Assembly (NCBI GenBank): GCA_963818425.1
Contig: CAWFSA010000004.1
Coordinates: 188,016 to 252,015, forward strand
Length of the DNA: 64,000 nt
Direction: 5' to 3'
Source of the DNA: an uncultured Methanoregulaceae archaeon
GTDB lineage: Archaea; Halobacteriota; Methanomicrobia; Methanomicrobiales; Methanospirillaceae
Both the position numbers and the translations under genes were made by a program. A model generated the notes under the pieces. It ran no database searches. It saw only the letters and a list, made by a program, of their open reading frames with translations, and was not told where the DNA came from. Below, one piece after another: positions 33,402-44,116 of this stretch (position 1 is the stretch's first letter; each line of letters opens with the position of its first letter).

Positions 33402-34238
33402 TTAATACCCGGTGGCATAATAATACCCGCCATCTTCCCGGACACTGAGCGGGACATGGAACAGGTCACCGATTTTTGCATCGGTCAGCATCTCAGCTTT
33501 GGGACCGTCGCCGCAGAACCTGCCGTCCTTCATCAGGACAACCCGGGAGATCTCCGGGATAATGTCATGGAGGTTGTGAGTTACGAGTATGATACCGGTA
33601 CCGGACCGGGCGATCTTCCGCAGCGTCTCACGGAACGTATGGAGTGCGTGGAGGTCGAGACTGTTGGTCGGTTCATCAAGGATAAGCGTCTTCGGGTTGT
33701 GGACCAAGGCCCTGCCGATGAGAAGCCGCCGTGACTCCCCCGAGGACATTGCCGTCATCGGGCGGTCTTGTAAGTGCCCGATCTCCAGGAATGCGAGGAT
33801 CTCATCTGCCTTCCGTTCCATTGCGGGGGTCACTGACCGGTTGAAGAGCCCGACACTGGAGAAGAACCCGGAGAGGATGACCTCTTTGCCGGTGATGGGG
33901 CGGGTGAAGGTATACTGGAGATCGTTTGACACGATCCCGATAGTGGACCGGAGCTCGAACACGTCCCACACATCCTTCCCATGCATCCTGAAGATGACCC
34001 CAACGTCACCCGCTGGGGGATAGAATTCCCGAAGAATGGTCCTGATAAACGAAGATTTACCGGCCCCGTTGGGGCCGAGGATCGCGATGTTCTCGCCTTC
34101 GCGGATCGTGATCGAAAGGGAATCAAGGACTTTTTTTATGCCGTAAAAGACGGTCACCTTCTCAAACTCCAGCAGGGGTTGTCCGTTAGCAGGGCTGCCG
34201 CGGTTCGAAGCGGTCATGACCCGGTCTCCGGTAACCAT
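33402..34238 (-). CDS. ABC transporter ATP-binding protein
   Basis: Walker A GPNGAGKSS, signature MSSGESRR and Walker B LILDEPT. The start is placed at the internal Met MVTGDR. Confidence 0.65.
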   Translation of the reverse strand: MVTGDRVMTASNRGSPANGQPLLEFEKVTVFYGIKKVLDSLSITIREGENIAILGPNGAGKSSFIRTILREFYPPAGDVGVIFRMHGKDVWDVFELRSTIGIVSNDLQYTFTRPITGKEVILSGFFSSVGLFNRSVTPAMERKADEILAFLEIGHLQDRPMTAMSSGESRRLLIGRALVHNPKTLILDEPTNSLDLHALHTFRETLRKIARSGTGIILVTHNLHDIIPEISRVVLMKDGRFCGDGPKAEMLTDAKIGDLFHVPLSVREDGGYYYATGY

Positions 34239-34332
34239 AATCTGCAGGCAATCCAATGGGGGGATCGCTATCCTGAAGGGGGGCGGATGCGAAAGCCCGG
34301 TCAACACCAAAACCACAAGAGGATAATTCACG

Positions 34333-36118
34333 TTATAACCGTCCCAGCGCAATCACAAACCCCCGCATATCGCCGTTTTCCGTACAGGTCAGGGTTCCCC
34401 CGGCACGCTCGCAGAGGCTGGCGAGGAAACTCCGTTTTTGGGGGATTTTTTCTGAACTGACAGTGGAACAATTCCCGGAAAGGGTGACAAACACCCACCG
34501 GTCTTCCCGCCGGATCGTGATCGCAATCCGGTCAGACCCGGTACCGACCAGATCTTCAAGGATATAGGTGACCAGGTCCGCGAAATGATCCTGGTCAACA
34601 GATACGGGAAGCGTCCGGTTTTTTGTATCAAAGGAAAATTTCACATCCTCAAGCAGGGGCCGGGTACCGATCCGGGAGAGCAGGATCTGGATGAACGCTG
34701 CATTGTCATCGGCCGAGGATAACAGGTCCTCGTCCGAACAGGACGGAACCGAAAGCCCGGTCACGATCGCCTCGATCACGGGAACAAGGTCGCATTCGCA
34801 GAGTTCACTGGGGGGGTTGAACCCGCGGAACATGATGATATAATCCGATAACAGGCGGCCGGCCCGTTCTACCAGCGTGGGGTCGATGATGCGCATCACC
34901 TCCTCTTTTTTAAAAGCCCGGTCAAGTTTTGCAATAACCTGCCCGGCTTTCAGGGCAAGGTAAATCGAGTCCCGGGAACGCCGGTGGTGTTCCTCGGCAA
35001 ACGCGGAGAAGGCTTCCAGGAGTTCGTCAATGGTATCTGCGGGGATCAGGGCACCCATCCGGTCCGCTAGAGCGGACTCGCCAAGTTCCTCCATAACATA
35101 AGAGACATAATACAGGCGCCCTGCCATGATTGTGAACAGCTCGTTCACCTGTTCAATACAGTCCTCGGCAAATGCTGCTGCCTGTTCTGCACGCTCGCGG
35201 TTCAGTTCAGCGATATCCGAGAGTGCCTGTGCATCCACCCTGACCGCGGATAACATCCGGGCAGCATCGGGTGCCGTGACCATTCTCCCGTGTCCGGGAC
35301 AGACCGTTGTTATCCCACCACCGTCAATCACGGCCAGCATATGACCAAGAGAATGTATCAGAGCCTCCTGGTCCCACCCGCACATGCCGGCAACACCCGG
35401 GTTTGCGGCAAAGAGAATATCCCCGATAAAGAGCAGTCCGCCGATCCGGATGCAGATGCTGTCCGGGCTGTGGCCGGGAGCATGCCAGAGCTCGAGTGCC
35501 GGACCGGCACCAAACTCCAGCCGCGCATAAGGGAGTCCGCCACCGGCCTCATTCCGGCCATACGTGATCGTCACCGTTGCTCCGTTAGGGAAGGCCATTG
35601 ATACCGCGATGCCGGTATTCGCCTCCCACGAGCGGGGGAAGAGGTTCAGGTCTACCTTCATCGGCGGGTGGGTTTTTCCCTGAAGTTCCGCCGTTGTCAG
35701 CTTTGTATCGCCGCGTTCCATGGCTTCACCCCCCTGTTCCTGCACGGCAAAGACCGCAGTTTCCGACGACGCAAAGGCCGGGATGGGTAAAAACACCGGC
35801 AAAATGATCGATATGCGCGTGGGTCAATATCACGAAAACAGGGCGATCCTGTTCCCGGCGGCATTCCCCGATAACGAGCGCCAGTTGTTCTGCCTGCTCA
35901 GGAAGACCGCCTGGATCGATCAGGAGGATGATATCAGGCGTTGCGATCAGGTAAGAATTGGAGGAGATGGTATCGATCTTTCGTATGAGCGGGTAAACCC
36001 TTGCCCCGTCCGCTCCCGGGACCGGATGCCAGGCAAGGGAGGTTAAGGTGTCACTACCACCCGGCAATGGCTTCTCCCTCAGAAGGACAGATGGAAAATA
36101 TGGAGGTAAACCCTGCAA
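34333..36118 (-). CDS. MBL-fold metallo-hydrolase fused to a C-terminal regulatory-type domain, with a frameshift near 35730-35800
   Basis: The N-terminal ORF has ILTHAHIDHFAG (HxHxDH). The 489-aa ORF continues the MBL fold (HAPGHSPDS, CPGHG) and adds a roughly 300-aa C-terminal domain of uncertain type. Confidence 0.55.
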
Positions 36119-36434
36119 GCTTGAGGATCTTCAGGACTTCTGCTGACAGGCAGCAGAGAGCAAACCGGTCCGCGGGGTTCTTGAGCTTCTTTGCCGTAGC
36201 GAGCAGCACACGGAGCCCCCCGCTGCTTATGTAGGAAACAGAGGAAAAATCCAGCAGGATCTTCCGGTTCCCGTTCTCAATTTCCCTGTTGATGGCGTGT
36301 TCAAGTACCAGTGCTGTCGAAGTATCGACTCTTCCGTTTACGGACAGGATAGTGGCACCTTCCCGGTTCTGTGTTTTTATCTCCAAAATAATCCCACCGC
36401 TCTGGTCAGGTCCTGGTGTGCAGGATCTTTTCAT
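36054..36434 (-). CDS. STAS-domain anti-sigma-factor antagonist-like protein (SpoIIAA/RsbV-like)
   Basis: 126 aa with the pattern ...ATILSVNGRVDTSTALVLEHAI...ILLDFSSVSYISSGGLRVLL. Confidence 0.75.
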   Translation of the reverse strand: MKRSCTPGPDQSGGIILEIKTQNREGATILSVNGRVDTSTALVLEHAINREIENGNRKILLDFSSVSYISSGGLRVLLATAKKLKNPADRFALCCLSAEVLKILKLAGFTSIFSICPSEGEAIAGW

Positions 36435-36561
36435 AGATGTCGGGTTTTTTTTCAGATAATCCTATCCATACACCAGGTTTTGGCAGCATGCCGGTCTATC
36501 CTGATAAGAACGTGACCCTTTATGAGAAACCGTGTGCAATTCCTATAGTACCGGGTGCCAG

Positions 36562-37948
36562 ATGACGGAGTCAACGATTGTTTCATCAATGCTTGTCCTC
36601 CTGCAGCTCATATGCGTCATCATCGTGGTTGCCTACCTCCTCACCCGTAGCCGGATATTTCCGGAGATCCTTGACGGCCATCCTGCACTAAAGACCCGAG
36701 ATTATTCTCGTCCTGCTCTTCGGTATCCTCTCAATCTACGGCACCTTGAGCGGGATCGAGTTTCTGGGAGCATATATTAATGTCCGCGACCTCGGGCCGA
36801 TGCTCGCCGGGCTGCTCGGTGGCCCGTGGGTGGGGCTCGGGGCTGGACTTATCGGAGCAGCGCACCGGATGACTCTTGGAGGGTTCACCGTTTATTCCTG
36901 TTCGCTCGCCACGGTTTTTGCCGGGCTCTTCGGCGGTCTCATCTGGCTGTTTTACAAGCGGAAATTTCCCGGTATCATGATTGCGGTGCTCTTTGCCATC
37001 CTCATGGAAGGGTTCCACATGGCACTCACGCTCATTATGTGCCGCCCGTTCGATCAGGCGCTTATGGTGGTATCAACCGTAGCTTTCCCGATGATCATGG
37101 CCAATGCCGCGGGAATGTTTGTCTTTGCATTCATGGTCGAGAACCTTCAGAACGAGCGGAAAATGCAGGCTGAACGGGATACCCTGGTCCGGGAGATGGA
37201 ACGCAAGAACACCGAGCTTGCCATTGCAGCAGAGATCCAGCAGAGTTTTCTTCCGGATACCATTTCCCAGATTGAGGGGTACGAAATCGCCGCCAGGAGC
37301 GTGATGGCAAAAGAAGTTGGCGGTGACTTTTTCGATGTCATCCCGCTCGAAGTCGTCCCGCTGGGCAAAGGCCAGCTCGGGATCATGATCGCGGATGTCT
37401 CCGGCAAGGGCATTCCTGCTGCCCTGTTCATGGCCCTCTCCCGGATCGTGGTCCGGGTCAATGCAACATGGTACGGGAGAAGACCGGCTGCAGCCATCCG
37501 GGATGCCAACACCATCATCGCAAACGACTCGAAATCCGGCATGTTCGTTACGCTCTTTTACGGGTTCCTGGATTCTGAAACCCATACCCTGACCTATGTC
37601 AACGCCGGGCATAACCCGCCGATCCATTTCAATGCAGGGGATGGCACACTCACGGAGCTCGCTGCAACCGGTATTGCGATGGGTGCGCTTTCGGATTCAG
37701 TATATTCACAGGATATCGTGCAGATGGCACCGGGCGATATCCTGGTGCTGTACACTGACGGTATCACGGAAGCGGAGAATGCAGATCTTGAGATGTTCGG
37801 CCTTGAACGACTGGAAAAAATAATCCTTGCATCATCCCGGTTACCTGCAAACGAGTTGATCCAGGAGATTCTCAATGCCGTCAGGTGCTTTACCGGGGAC
37901 CACCCGCAATCGGATGATATAACGCTGATGGTAATCAGGAGCCTTTAG
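36562..37948 (+). CDS. PP2C-type serine phosphatase (RsbU/SpoIIE family) with an N-terminal 5TM sensor domain, with a frameshift near 36700-36750
   Basis: A 5TMR-LYT-like N-terminus is followed by PP2C motifs (GGDFFDVIPL, IADVSGKGIPAALFMA, YTDGITEA, SDDITLMVI). Confidence 0.7.
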
Positions 37949-37951
37949 ATC

Positions 37952-38368
37952 ATGGCCCAATCCTTTGAGATGGCAATCGGATCGGATATCGAAAAGATCC
38001 CTGCCGTTTCCCTGCGGCTTGAAAAAGCAATGGGAGTAAATGGTTTCTCTGCCGAAGAGATTCTTGATACCCAGCTTGCCGTCGAAGAAGTCATCACCAA
38101 TATCATTATCCACGGGTATAAAAAAACGGGTTATGAGATTCATCTCTCCTGCCGTTTCACCGGTAATCGTATCGAGATTAAGATTGCTGATTCTGCACCA
38201 CGGTTCGACCCGCTCTCGATCCCGGAACCGGAACTTGACGGGGATATTGATGAGCGGAGAATCGGCGGGCTGGGGATATACCTCGTGCGCCATGTCATGG
38301 ATGAGATCTCGTACCGGTACGAGAACGGCAGGAATATCCTGACCCTGGAAAAGAGAAGATCGTCCTGA
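37952..38368 (+). CDS. Anti-sigma regulatory factor-type serine kinase (RsbW/SpoIIAB-like, HATPase_c)
   Basis: 138 aa with the patterns AVEEVITNIIIHGY and IGGLGIYLVRHVMDEI. It lies 3 nt after the phosphatase stop. Confidence 0.75.
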   Translation: MAQSFEMAIGSDIEKIPAVSLRLEKAMGVNGFSAEEILDTQLAVEEVITNIIIHGYKKTGYEIHLSCRFTGNRIEIKIADSAPRFDPLSIPEPELDGDIDERRIGGLGIYLVRHVMDEISYRYENGRNILTLEKRRSS

Positions 38369-38529
38369 AATCAGGCATTCCTGAAGGTATTCCTGATATA
38401 TGCGACCCCGTTCTTTGGTTTTTGCAGGCGGGTGCTGTCGAATTCCGCGTAAGAGGGAGGGGAAAATGTTGAGGTCAGCTGCGAAAGTCGGTTGTTGCCT
38501 CCCTTCTCGTTACCGGGATTCTGATGAAT

Positions 38530-38665
38530 GCCATATCTCATGAGAGATGTGGCAGAGGAAGGTTGGAAAACTTCCTCATATCGAAGGTCATCAGACCCGA
38601 GGAAGGAGAATGCCGCAGCTCATCGGAGATGTGGCAGAGGGAGTCTGGAAAACTCCCTCTTGTTA
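38530..38665. repeat. Two ~40-bp direct repeats, each with a 7-bp-stem hairpin (GAGGNAG-NTTGGAAAAC-CTNCCTC)
   Basis: gagatgtggcagaggaaggttggaaaacttcctc and gagatgtggcagagggagtctggaaaactccctc lie 79 bp apart in a non-coding gap. Confidence 0.3.
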
Positions 38666-38819
38666 AAAAGTCTTCAGCCTTGAGACAGGAGAAGACCATC
38701 GGGTTTTCGACCGAACCGAAAGGATTCTTCGACCCGTGTGCCCGGAAAAACTGCCGTAATGCAAAAGGCAGGGACAATCAGTTACGCACTTCCATAAACG
38801 GGGTCTGGGATGAGGGCAT

Positions 38820-39341
38820 TCATGCCGGGACAAAGACAAGGACGGTTTTTCCGGCAGCATCATAGAACTTCAGGGACGATTCGCTTACGCGGAATGACGA
38901 CGCCTCTGACAGATCGGCAAGAAACGCCGATTCCTGATCCCTGATGCCGGGATCCCAACACAGCATCGATGTGACGGATTCAAAGGACAGATTGATGGCA
39001 TAGTCTTTTGTTGTGTACATTGCAGCATACCCGTTGCACCCGGAATAACCGGTCATCCTGCCATCCTGTCCGAACCGTGCAGTCACATTGCTCCCGCTGA
39101 TAACCGGGATATGGATGCCGGTAGCATCCGTATAGGACTGGAGCGTCCAGTTGGTCTGCGCCATGAGAGCACCGGCATTTGCCCGCACTGCCGGGTAGTT
39201 CAGGAATACCACCATCAGGACGAGGAGCCCGATAAGGGCAAGGGCAGCGTAAAATGAGAACCCCATCTTCTCAGGAGGGCCGGACGGAGTGATCTCCTGA
39301 TCGTCTATGGTTGTATCATTAGCACAGGGATCCTCAGTCAT
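38820..39341 (-). CDS. META/HslJ-like domain protein (DUF306), membrane anchored
   Basis: An N-terminal TM is followed by the META pattern (…GYSGCNGYAAMYTT…SMLCWDP…FL..L). Confidence 0.55.
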   Translation of the reverse strand: MTEDPCANDTTIDDQEITPSGPPEKMGFSFYAALALIGLLVLMVVFLNYPAVRANAGALMAQTNWTLQSYTDATGIHIPVISGSNVTARFGQDGRMTGYSGCNGYAAMYTTKDYAINLSFESVTSMLCWDPGIRDQESAFLADLSEASSFRVSESSLKFYDAAGKTVLVFVPA

Positions 39342-39447
39342 AGCCTGTACTTGACAGGAAATGCATTAACGGTTTTCGGTCACCGCGGGCCCGGGACGCA
39401 CGGTGCTGATGTTTAATACGCCTGACATCCAGTACTGGTAGGATACC

Positions 39448-39663
39448 ATGTCCCTCAGAAAAGTGATAACGCTCCTCGCAGGCATCCTTGCTGCATTTTT
39501 GATCGCGGATGCACTTTCGAATGTCGTTGTCATGCTGAGTGGCCTGAAGGGAGCCGCCGGCATGATTGTCAGTTTTATTGTGTATGCAGTCATCTTCTTT
39601 GCGGTGCTCCATCTCCTTGAGAAATATGCCCATATCGTTTTTTTCGGGTTTGACCGGGATTAA
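39448..39663 (+). CDS. Small hypothetical membrane protein
   Basis: 71 aa with two predicted TM helices. There is no similarity anchor. Confidence 0.3.
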   Translation: MSLRKVITLLAGILAAFLIADALSNVVVMLSGLKGAAGMIVSFIVYAVIFFAVLHLLEKYAHIVFFGFDRD

Positions 39664-39714
39664 TCAGAGGGTATATCCCCCGGTTCAAAAAACCGGGAAT
39701 ACTCAAAAAAAACT

Positions 39715-39944
39715 GCTCTGGAGAAAACCTCTTTTCATAATTATGATAACCCCCCCTTGCGCCAGCCCTGCCCCCATTGGGGGGCTCATGGCGCATAGTG
39801 ATACTTCGGCATTGCCTGTACAGGAAATTTCTCCACGATTGTGTACCGGTAATACGGCACCATCGCAATCAGGGGATGCCACGAGCGTGCGGGGGCGGAG
39901 CCCCCGAGAGTGTCATAGTTGGTATCAAATGATTTCTCCAGAGC
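39715..39944. mobile_element. MITE copy 3 (orientation B, most diverged)
   Basis: 230 bp with TIRs GCTCTGGAGAAAAC / ATTTCTCCAGAGC, flanked by AAAAAAAAC on both sides. Confidence 0.5.
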
Positions 39945-40279
39945 AAAAAAAACAATTCACTGTTTTTATATGCAGGGGGAACGGGCTATCCAGGGAGACG
40001 AGGCGGGGTCCGGATCAGAGGAAAGGATCCATTATGCTGACCCTTTAATCCCTCCCCGTCAGGGTTAACCCGCCGGCATCCCTGCAGCACCGGGCAGTTC
40101 TTCTGAAAACCGGAGAGGAGACGCCGTACGCACTCACGGAGACCAAAAGCACATTTTTACCATGTGCCTGCGGGGCAGAGAAGCAAAAGGAACTGCCGAT
40201 AATAGTATACGTTTTATCATTGCGAGATCAAATAGAGATCAATAGATAACGGGGGATTTTCCCGATCAGGTGATTTTTT

Positions 40280-40804
40280 ATGCTGGATAAAAAAACATCA
40301 TGCCTCCTGAGAGGTATCGTGGGAGTAATCTTCGGGTTTCTGGCCTTGTTACTCCCGGAGGAAGTAACCCTTGGGTTTTATGGCCTGTTCTGGGTCCTTA
40401 TTGGGCTTGGCATACTATTGTTCCTGTTCCTTGCCATCACATCCCGCGGGGACGACTCGGTGCTCTGGTTCGGTCTTTCCGCTGCTCTCCTTTTAATAGG
40501 GGTGATCTCATTCATGATTGCAGGATTTGTGGCAGTCATGCTTATCCTGACGATTGCTGCCATCGCAATTATCAACGGTTTTACCGATATCACCCTTGCA
40601 CTCGAGCACCCCAGGACAAAATATATCCTGATCCCCGGCATGATCATCACCGGTATCCTTCTCATGGGGGGCCTGTTCTATTACTTCCCCGGTTTCGAGA
40701 AGTACCTCTTCCTTTCCGTTGTGGGGACATTTGCACTGGCATTCGGCTTCTTCTCCATACTCCTGGGATTCTATAAAACGGACGAGCCGGCTGCAGAGGA
40801 ATAA
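40280..40804 (+). CDS. HdeD/DUF308-family membrane protein
   Basis: 174 aa with six hydrophobic helices and the DUF308-like pattern GIV.VIFG.LAL..P. Confidence 0.5.
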   Translation: MLDKKTSCLLRGIVGVIFGFLALLLPEEVTLGFYGLFWVLIGLGILLFLFLAITSRGDDSVLWFGLSAALLLIGVISFMIAGFVAVMLILTIAAIAIINGFTDITLALEHPRTKYILIPGMIITGILLMGGLFYYFPGFEKYLFLSVVGTFALAFGFFSILLGFYKTDEPAAEE

Positions 40805-40910
40805 CATTTTTTCATCAGTTATGCAACCGATGGGATCGGCCGGTAAAAAACATAAAAACCGTGATTTGTGCCGGATCTCCGCCGGTAATCAGAACCGGCA
40901 GGGTGCTAAA

Positions 40911-42060
40911 ATGAAGTATGATGTGATCGTTGCAGGGGCAGGCCCTGCAGGCAGTGCGGCTGCACGGGAATGTGCACAGCTCGGGATTTCCGTGCTCTGC
41001 CTGGAGGAGCACGGGACCATAGGATACCCGGTCCAGTGCGCCGGACTCCTCTCCACTGCGGCTTTTGCCGAATGCCGGGTCCCGTCAGAAAGATCTGTCC
41101 TTAATAAAGTCACGGGTGCCCGCGTGATATCCGGTGCAGGCAGCGAACTGCTCATCGATGCAAAGACCACCAGGGCAGTCGTTGTCGACCGGGGTACACT
41201 CGACCGCGAGATGGCAGAAGCTGCGGCAGATGCCGGAGCCGAATTCCGGCTGAGAACTGCTGTGTACGATGTCCAGGGAAATACCGTCTTCACCCGGGGC
41301 GTGAACGGGCACGAGGAGATCGGGTTCGATATCCTCGATAGCTGCCGACGGTCCCCGGAGTACCATTGCGCGCCTCTCGGGTATGGAGCGGGCGCGGACA
41401 TACCTTGCCGGCATCCAGGCAGATATGCCGGGCGTTTGCGATCCGCGGTATGTCGAAATCTATCCGGATGCATCACCGGAGTTTTTCGGCTGGTCTATCC
41501 CGACCGGCCCGGGGCGTATCCGGGCAGGCATGTGTGGCAGGTCGCAGGTGATGGAACGATTTGCTCTGTTTGCCAGAAAATTCGGGGCTAATACAACCCA
41601 TTTTGTTACCGGCACCCTTCCGCTCGGCGTGATGAAACGGACCTATAAAAACCGGACGCTTTTTGTCGGTGATGCTGCTGGCTTTCCCAAACCAACATCC
41701 GGCGGGGGCATCTATACCGGCATCCGCTCTGCCCGGCATGCTGCAGCAGTTGCCGCCCGTGCCTGCGAGGAGGGACGGTATGACGATACCGTTCTTGCCG
41801 ATTATGAACGCCGGTGGCAGGAGGACTTCGGGCGCGAACTGGAGTTCGGGTACCGCCTTTTTGAGATGCGGCAGAAGATGTCGGCGGAAGATACCGATGC
41901 ACTGATCCGGGCGCTCAATACTCCTTCAATCCTGCGTACGATTGAAAAATACGGGGATATGGACCGCCCCGGTGCCCTGATAAAAAAACTGCTGGTGAAC
42001 CCCGCGATGCTCCGGCTCGCAGGACCGCTCATGCAGGCCGGCCTGCATGCCCTGTTCTGA
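40911..42060 (+). CDS. Geranylgeranyl reductase-family FAD-dependent oxidoreductase, with a frameshift near 41330-41345
   Basis: The FAD site MKYDVIVAGAGPAGS is followed by ...IIAADGPRS-like text at the frame junction. The downstream ORF carries the GDAAGF.KPTSGGGI motif. Confidence 0.7.
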
Positions 42061-42126
42061 CCTCTGTTACCTCAGTACAAGTGTATGTTATTAAAGAGAA
42101 AACCAAGGTATATTTTATAAAATTCT

Positions 42127-42343
42127 GCTCTGGAGAAATCATTAAGAGTTACACGCGCCAGGGGCTTCGCCCCGCCGCTGGGGCGCCCCAATTATGATGG
42201 CGCTGCATTACCCGTTTACAAAAAACTAAGAGAGTTTTTGTAGAGGTAATACTGAGGCATCACATGCGCCCCCGCCCCCAACGGGGGCAGGGCTGGCGCA
42301 AGGGGGGTAATCATATATCATGAAACAGGTTTTCTAAAGAGCA
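42127..42343. mobile_element. MITE copy 4 (orientation A)
   Basis: 217 bp with TIRs GCTCTGGAGAAATC / GTTTTCTAAAGAGC, flanked by AAAATTC on both sides. Confidence 0.6.
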
Positions 42344-42395
42344 CAAAATTCACAAAAGAATACCGGGCTGTTTTTTCACAGATTCCCGTACCGGT

Positions 42396-42692
42396 TTATG
42401 ATGCGGGCCTCTTTTTTTCTTCAACCGCTGCAAGTACTTTTCCCTTGACGTCATGAGGGAGGTTCAGCCCCTCCAGTGCCCGCGACAGGACAAGCCGCGC
42501 CATTTCCTGTCCTTCGGGCGTTGAGAGGTACGTATCCATGGTCCTTTTACCTTCAGGGGATGCCAGGTAGTTCCGAATGGTTTCCTGTCCCTTGGGCGAT
42601 GCGATATATCCTGCGATCATCCCCTGCATGCAATCGAGCTGTACCATAACCTGGCTCCAAATACCTGAGCAGTGTGGATCGGAATTCCCCAT
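42396..42692 (-). CDS. Small hypothetical protein with three ~13-aa repeats (ASPKGQETIRNYL / ASPEGKRTMDTYL / STPEGQEMARLVL)
   Basis: 98 aa, lying 34 bp downstream of the nitroreductase gene. Confidence 0.3.
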   Translation of the reverse strand: MGNSDPHCSGIWSQVMVQLDCMQGMIAGYIASPKGQETIRNYLASPEGKRTMDTYLSTPEGQEMARLVLSRALEGLNLPHDVKGKVLAAVEEKKRPAS

Positions 42693-42725
42693 AAAACCGC
42701 CGGCATCATGAAAGGAATACCCGCA

Positions 42726-43400
42726 TCAGGGAAGCCAGACCGTTACGTCATCAACCGGCGGCCGGATCGCGGGGGACAACTCGTCCGCAGGATACCCTAC
42801 AGCGCACCCCATGAGTTCCCATTCTCCGGAGGGGAGGCCTAAGAGAGAACAGAAATCCGCATCTGACGACATCGGTGAGGTGAGGGAGACGAGCTGGAAC
42901 CCCAGGCCCAGGGCAGTTGCTTTCAGCCACATGTTCTCAAGGCAATGCGCCAGCGACTGCAATTCAACCGGAGGATATCCTCTGCGTTCAGCAACCACGA
43001 TATAATACGGTGCCGTCCCGATCCCGGGAACAAATGCGGCCTCCCGCATCATGGAGAGCCTGCGGACGAATCCTGCTGCTTTTGCGCGAAGTGACGGATC
43101 GTTCTGCATCCCGCTCTCAAGATCCGCAGACATCTTCTGTATCTGCCGCATCGCGAGGGGGATCGCCGCGTTCATGCTCTCCGACCCTTTGCGCAGCACA
43201 AAGAAACGACGGAAATAATCATGCGAGTTCCCCACAGCAGCAGCCGCAAACGGGGCGAGGAGCCCGGCATGAAGGATGCGCCGGACTTCATCTTCACTGC
43301 AAAAATCCGGCCTGAACCGCCGGTGAGATCGCCGCTCCGCGAGGACCTGATCAAGAAACACATTTTTCTGGACGCTTATATCAGAACACATGAGCATCAA
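42726..43400 (-). CDS. Nitroreductase-family protein
   Basis: 224 aa with RRSHRRF near the N-terminus, typical of the FMN nitroreductase fold. Confidence 0.65.
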   Translation of the reverse strand: MMLMCSDISVQKNVFLDQVLAERRSHRRFRPDFCSEDEVRRILHAGLLAPFAAAAVGNSHDYFRRFFVLRKGSESMNAAIPLAMRQIQKMSADLESGMQNDPSLRAKAAGFVRRLSMMREAAFVPGIGTAPYYIVVAERRGYPPVELQSLAHCLENMWLKATALGLGFQLVSLTSPMSSDADFCSLLGLPSGEWELMGCAVGYPADELSPAIRPPVDDVTVWLP

Positions 43401-43505
43401 CCTAGGACAGTTTTATATCCGGGCGGGAACTTGAAGGTTGCTGATGAGGACAAGGATCTCCTGCCGGGAATGGGTCAGGGAACCCGCAACCTTCAGGAAC
43501 CGCAA

Positions 43506-44102
43506 TTATTTTCGTTCTGCGTGAAGAACACCCATGACACCGAGGATGTCATGGCAGGGCTTCCGGTCGATCTCGAAATCATAGAAGCGGCCGATATAGT
43601 CAAGAAGGGCCGGGTCCGGAGGTCCGCTGATGGGAGGGGTGTGGATCTCCATCTCAATACGGCGGACATTCCGCAGCTCGCAGGGGTTGATGAGCCATTC
43701 GGCACCTTCGCAATCACATTTTAAAAAATCACACCCGCCGCTCATCGTAATAAGGTCTTTGAGCGGGTACGTGGGAGCGACAACACGACAGTCGTCCCAG
43801 CAGATCTCCGCTGGTTTCCCGTTGCCGAGTGCACCGGCGATTACCTGAACGGAAACATTGTTTGCGCGGATATTTTCAAGGAGCAGCGGGGTGGTCACCG
43901 GTTCCACCGCGGTGACATGCCCGCCTATTCTCGCAGCCCGGATACAGAATCCGCCAACATTGGCACCGATATCAAGGACCCGGTCATCGGGCCGGATATC
44001 ATCGAACCGGTACTCGGGCACCGAGGTTATCTGGCGATAAGGTGTGGCTGCAGCAGAGAAAACTATATCCGGTTCTTCAGAAAAGAAAGTGCGGGACGGC
44101 AT
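43506..44102 (-). CDS. FkbM-family SAM-dependent methyltransferase
   Basis: Carries the motif VLDIGANVGGF. Confidence 0.6.
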   Translation of the reverse strand: MPSRTFFSEEPDIVFSAAATPYRQITSVPEYRFDDIRPDDRVLDIGANVGGFCIRAARIGGHVTAVEPVTTPLLLENIRANNVSVQVIAGALGNGKPAEICWDDCRVVAPTYPLKDLITMSGGCDFLKCDCEGAEWLINPCELRNVRRIEMEIHTPPISGPPDPALLDYIGRFYDFEIDRKPCHDILGVMGVLHAERK

Positions 44103-44116
44103 CTTTGAACCTTTAC

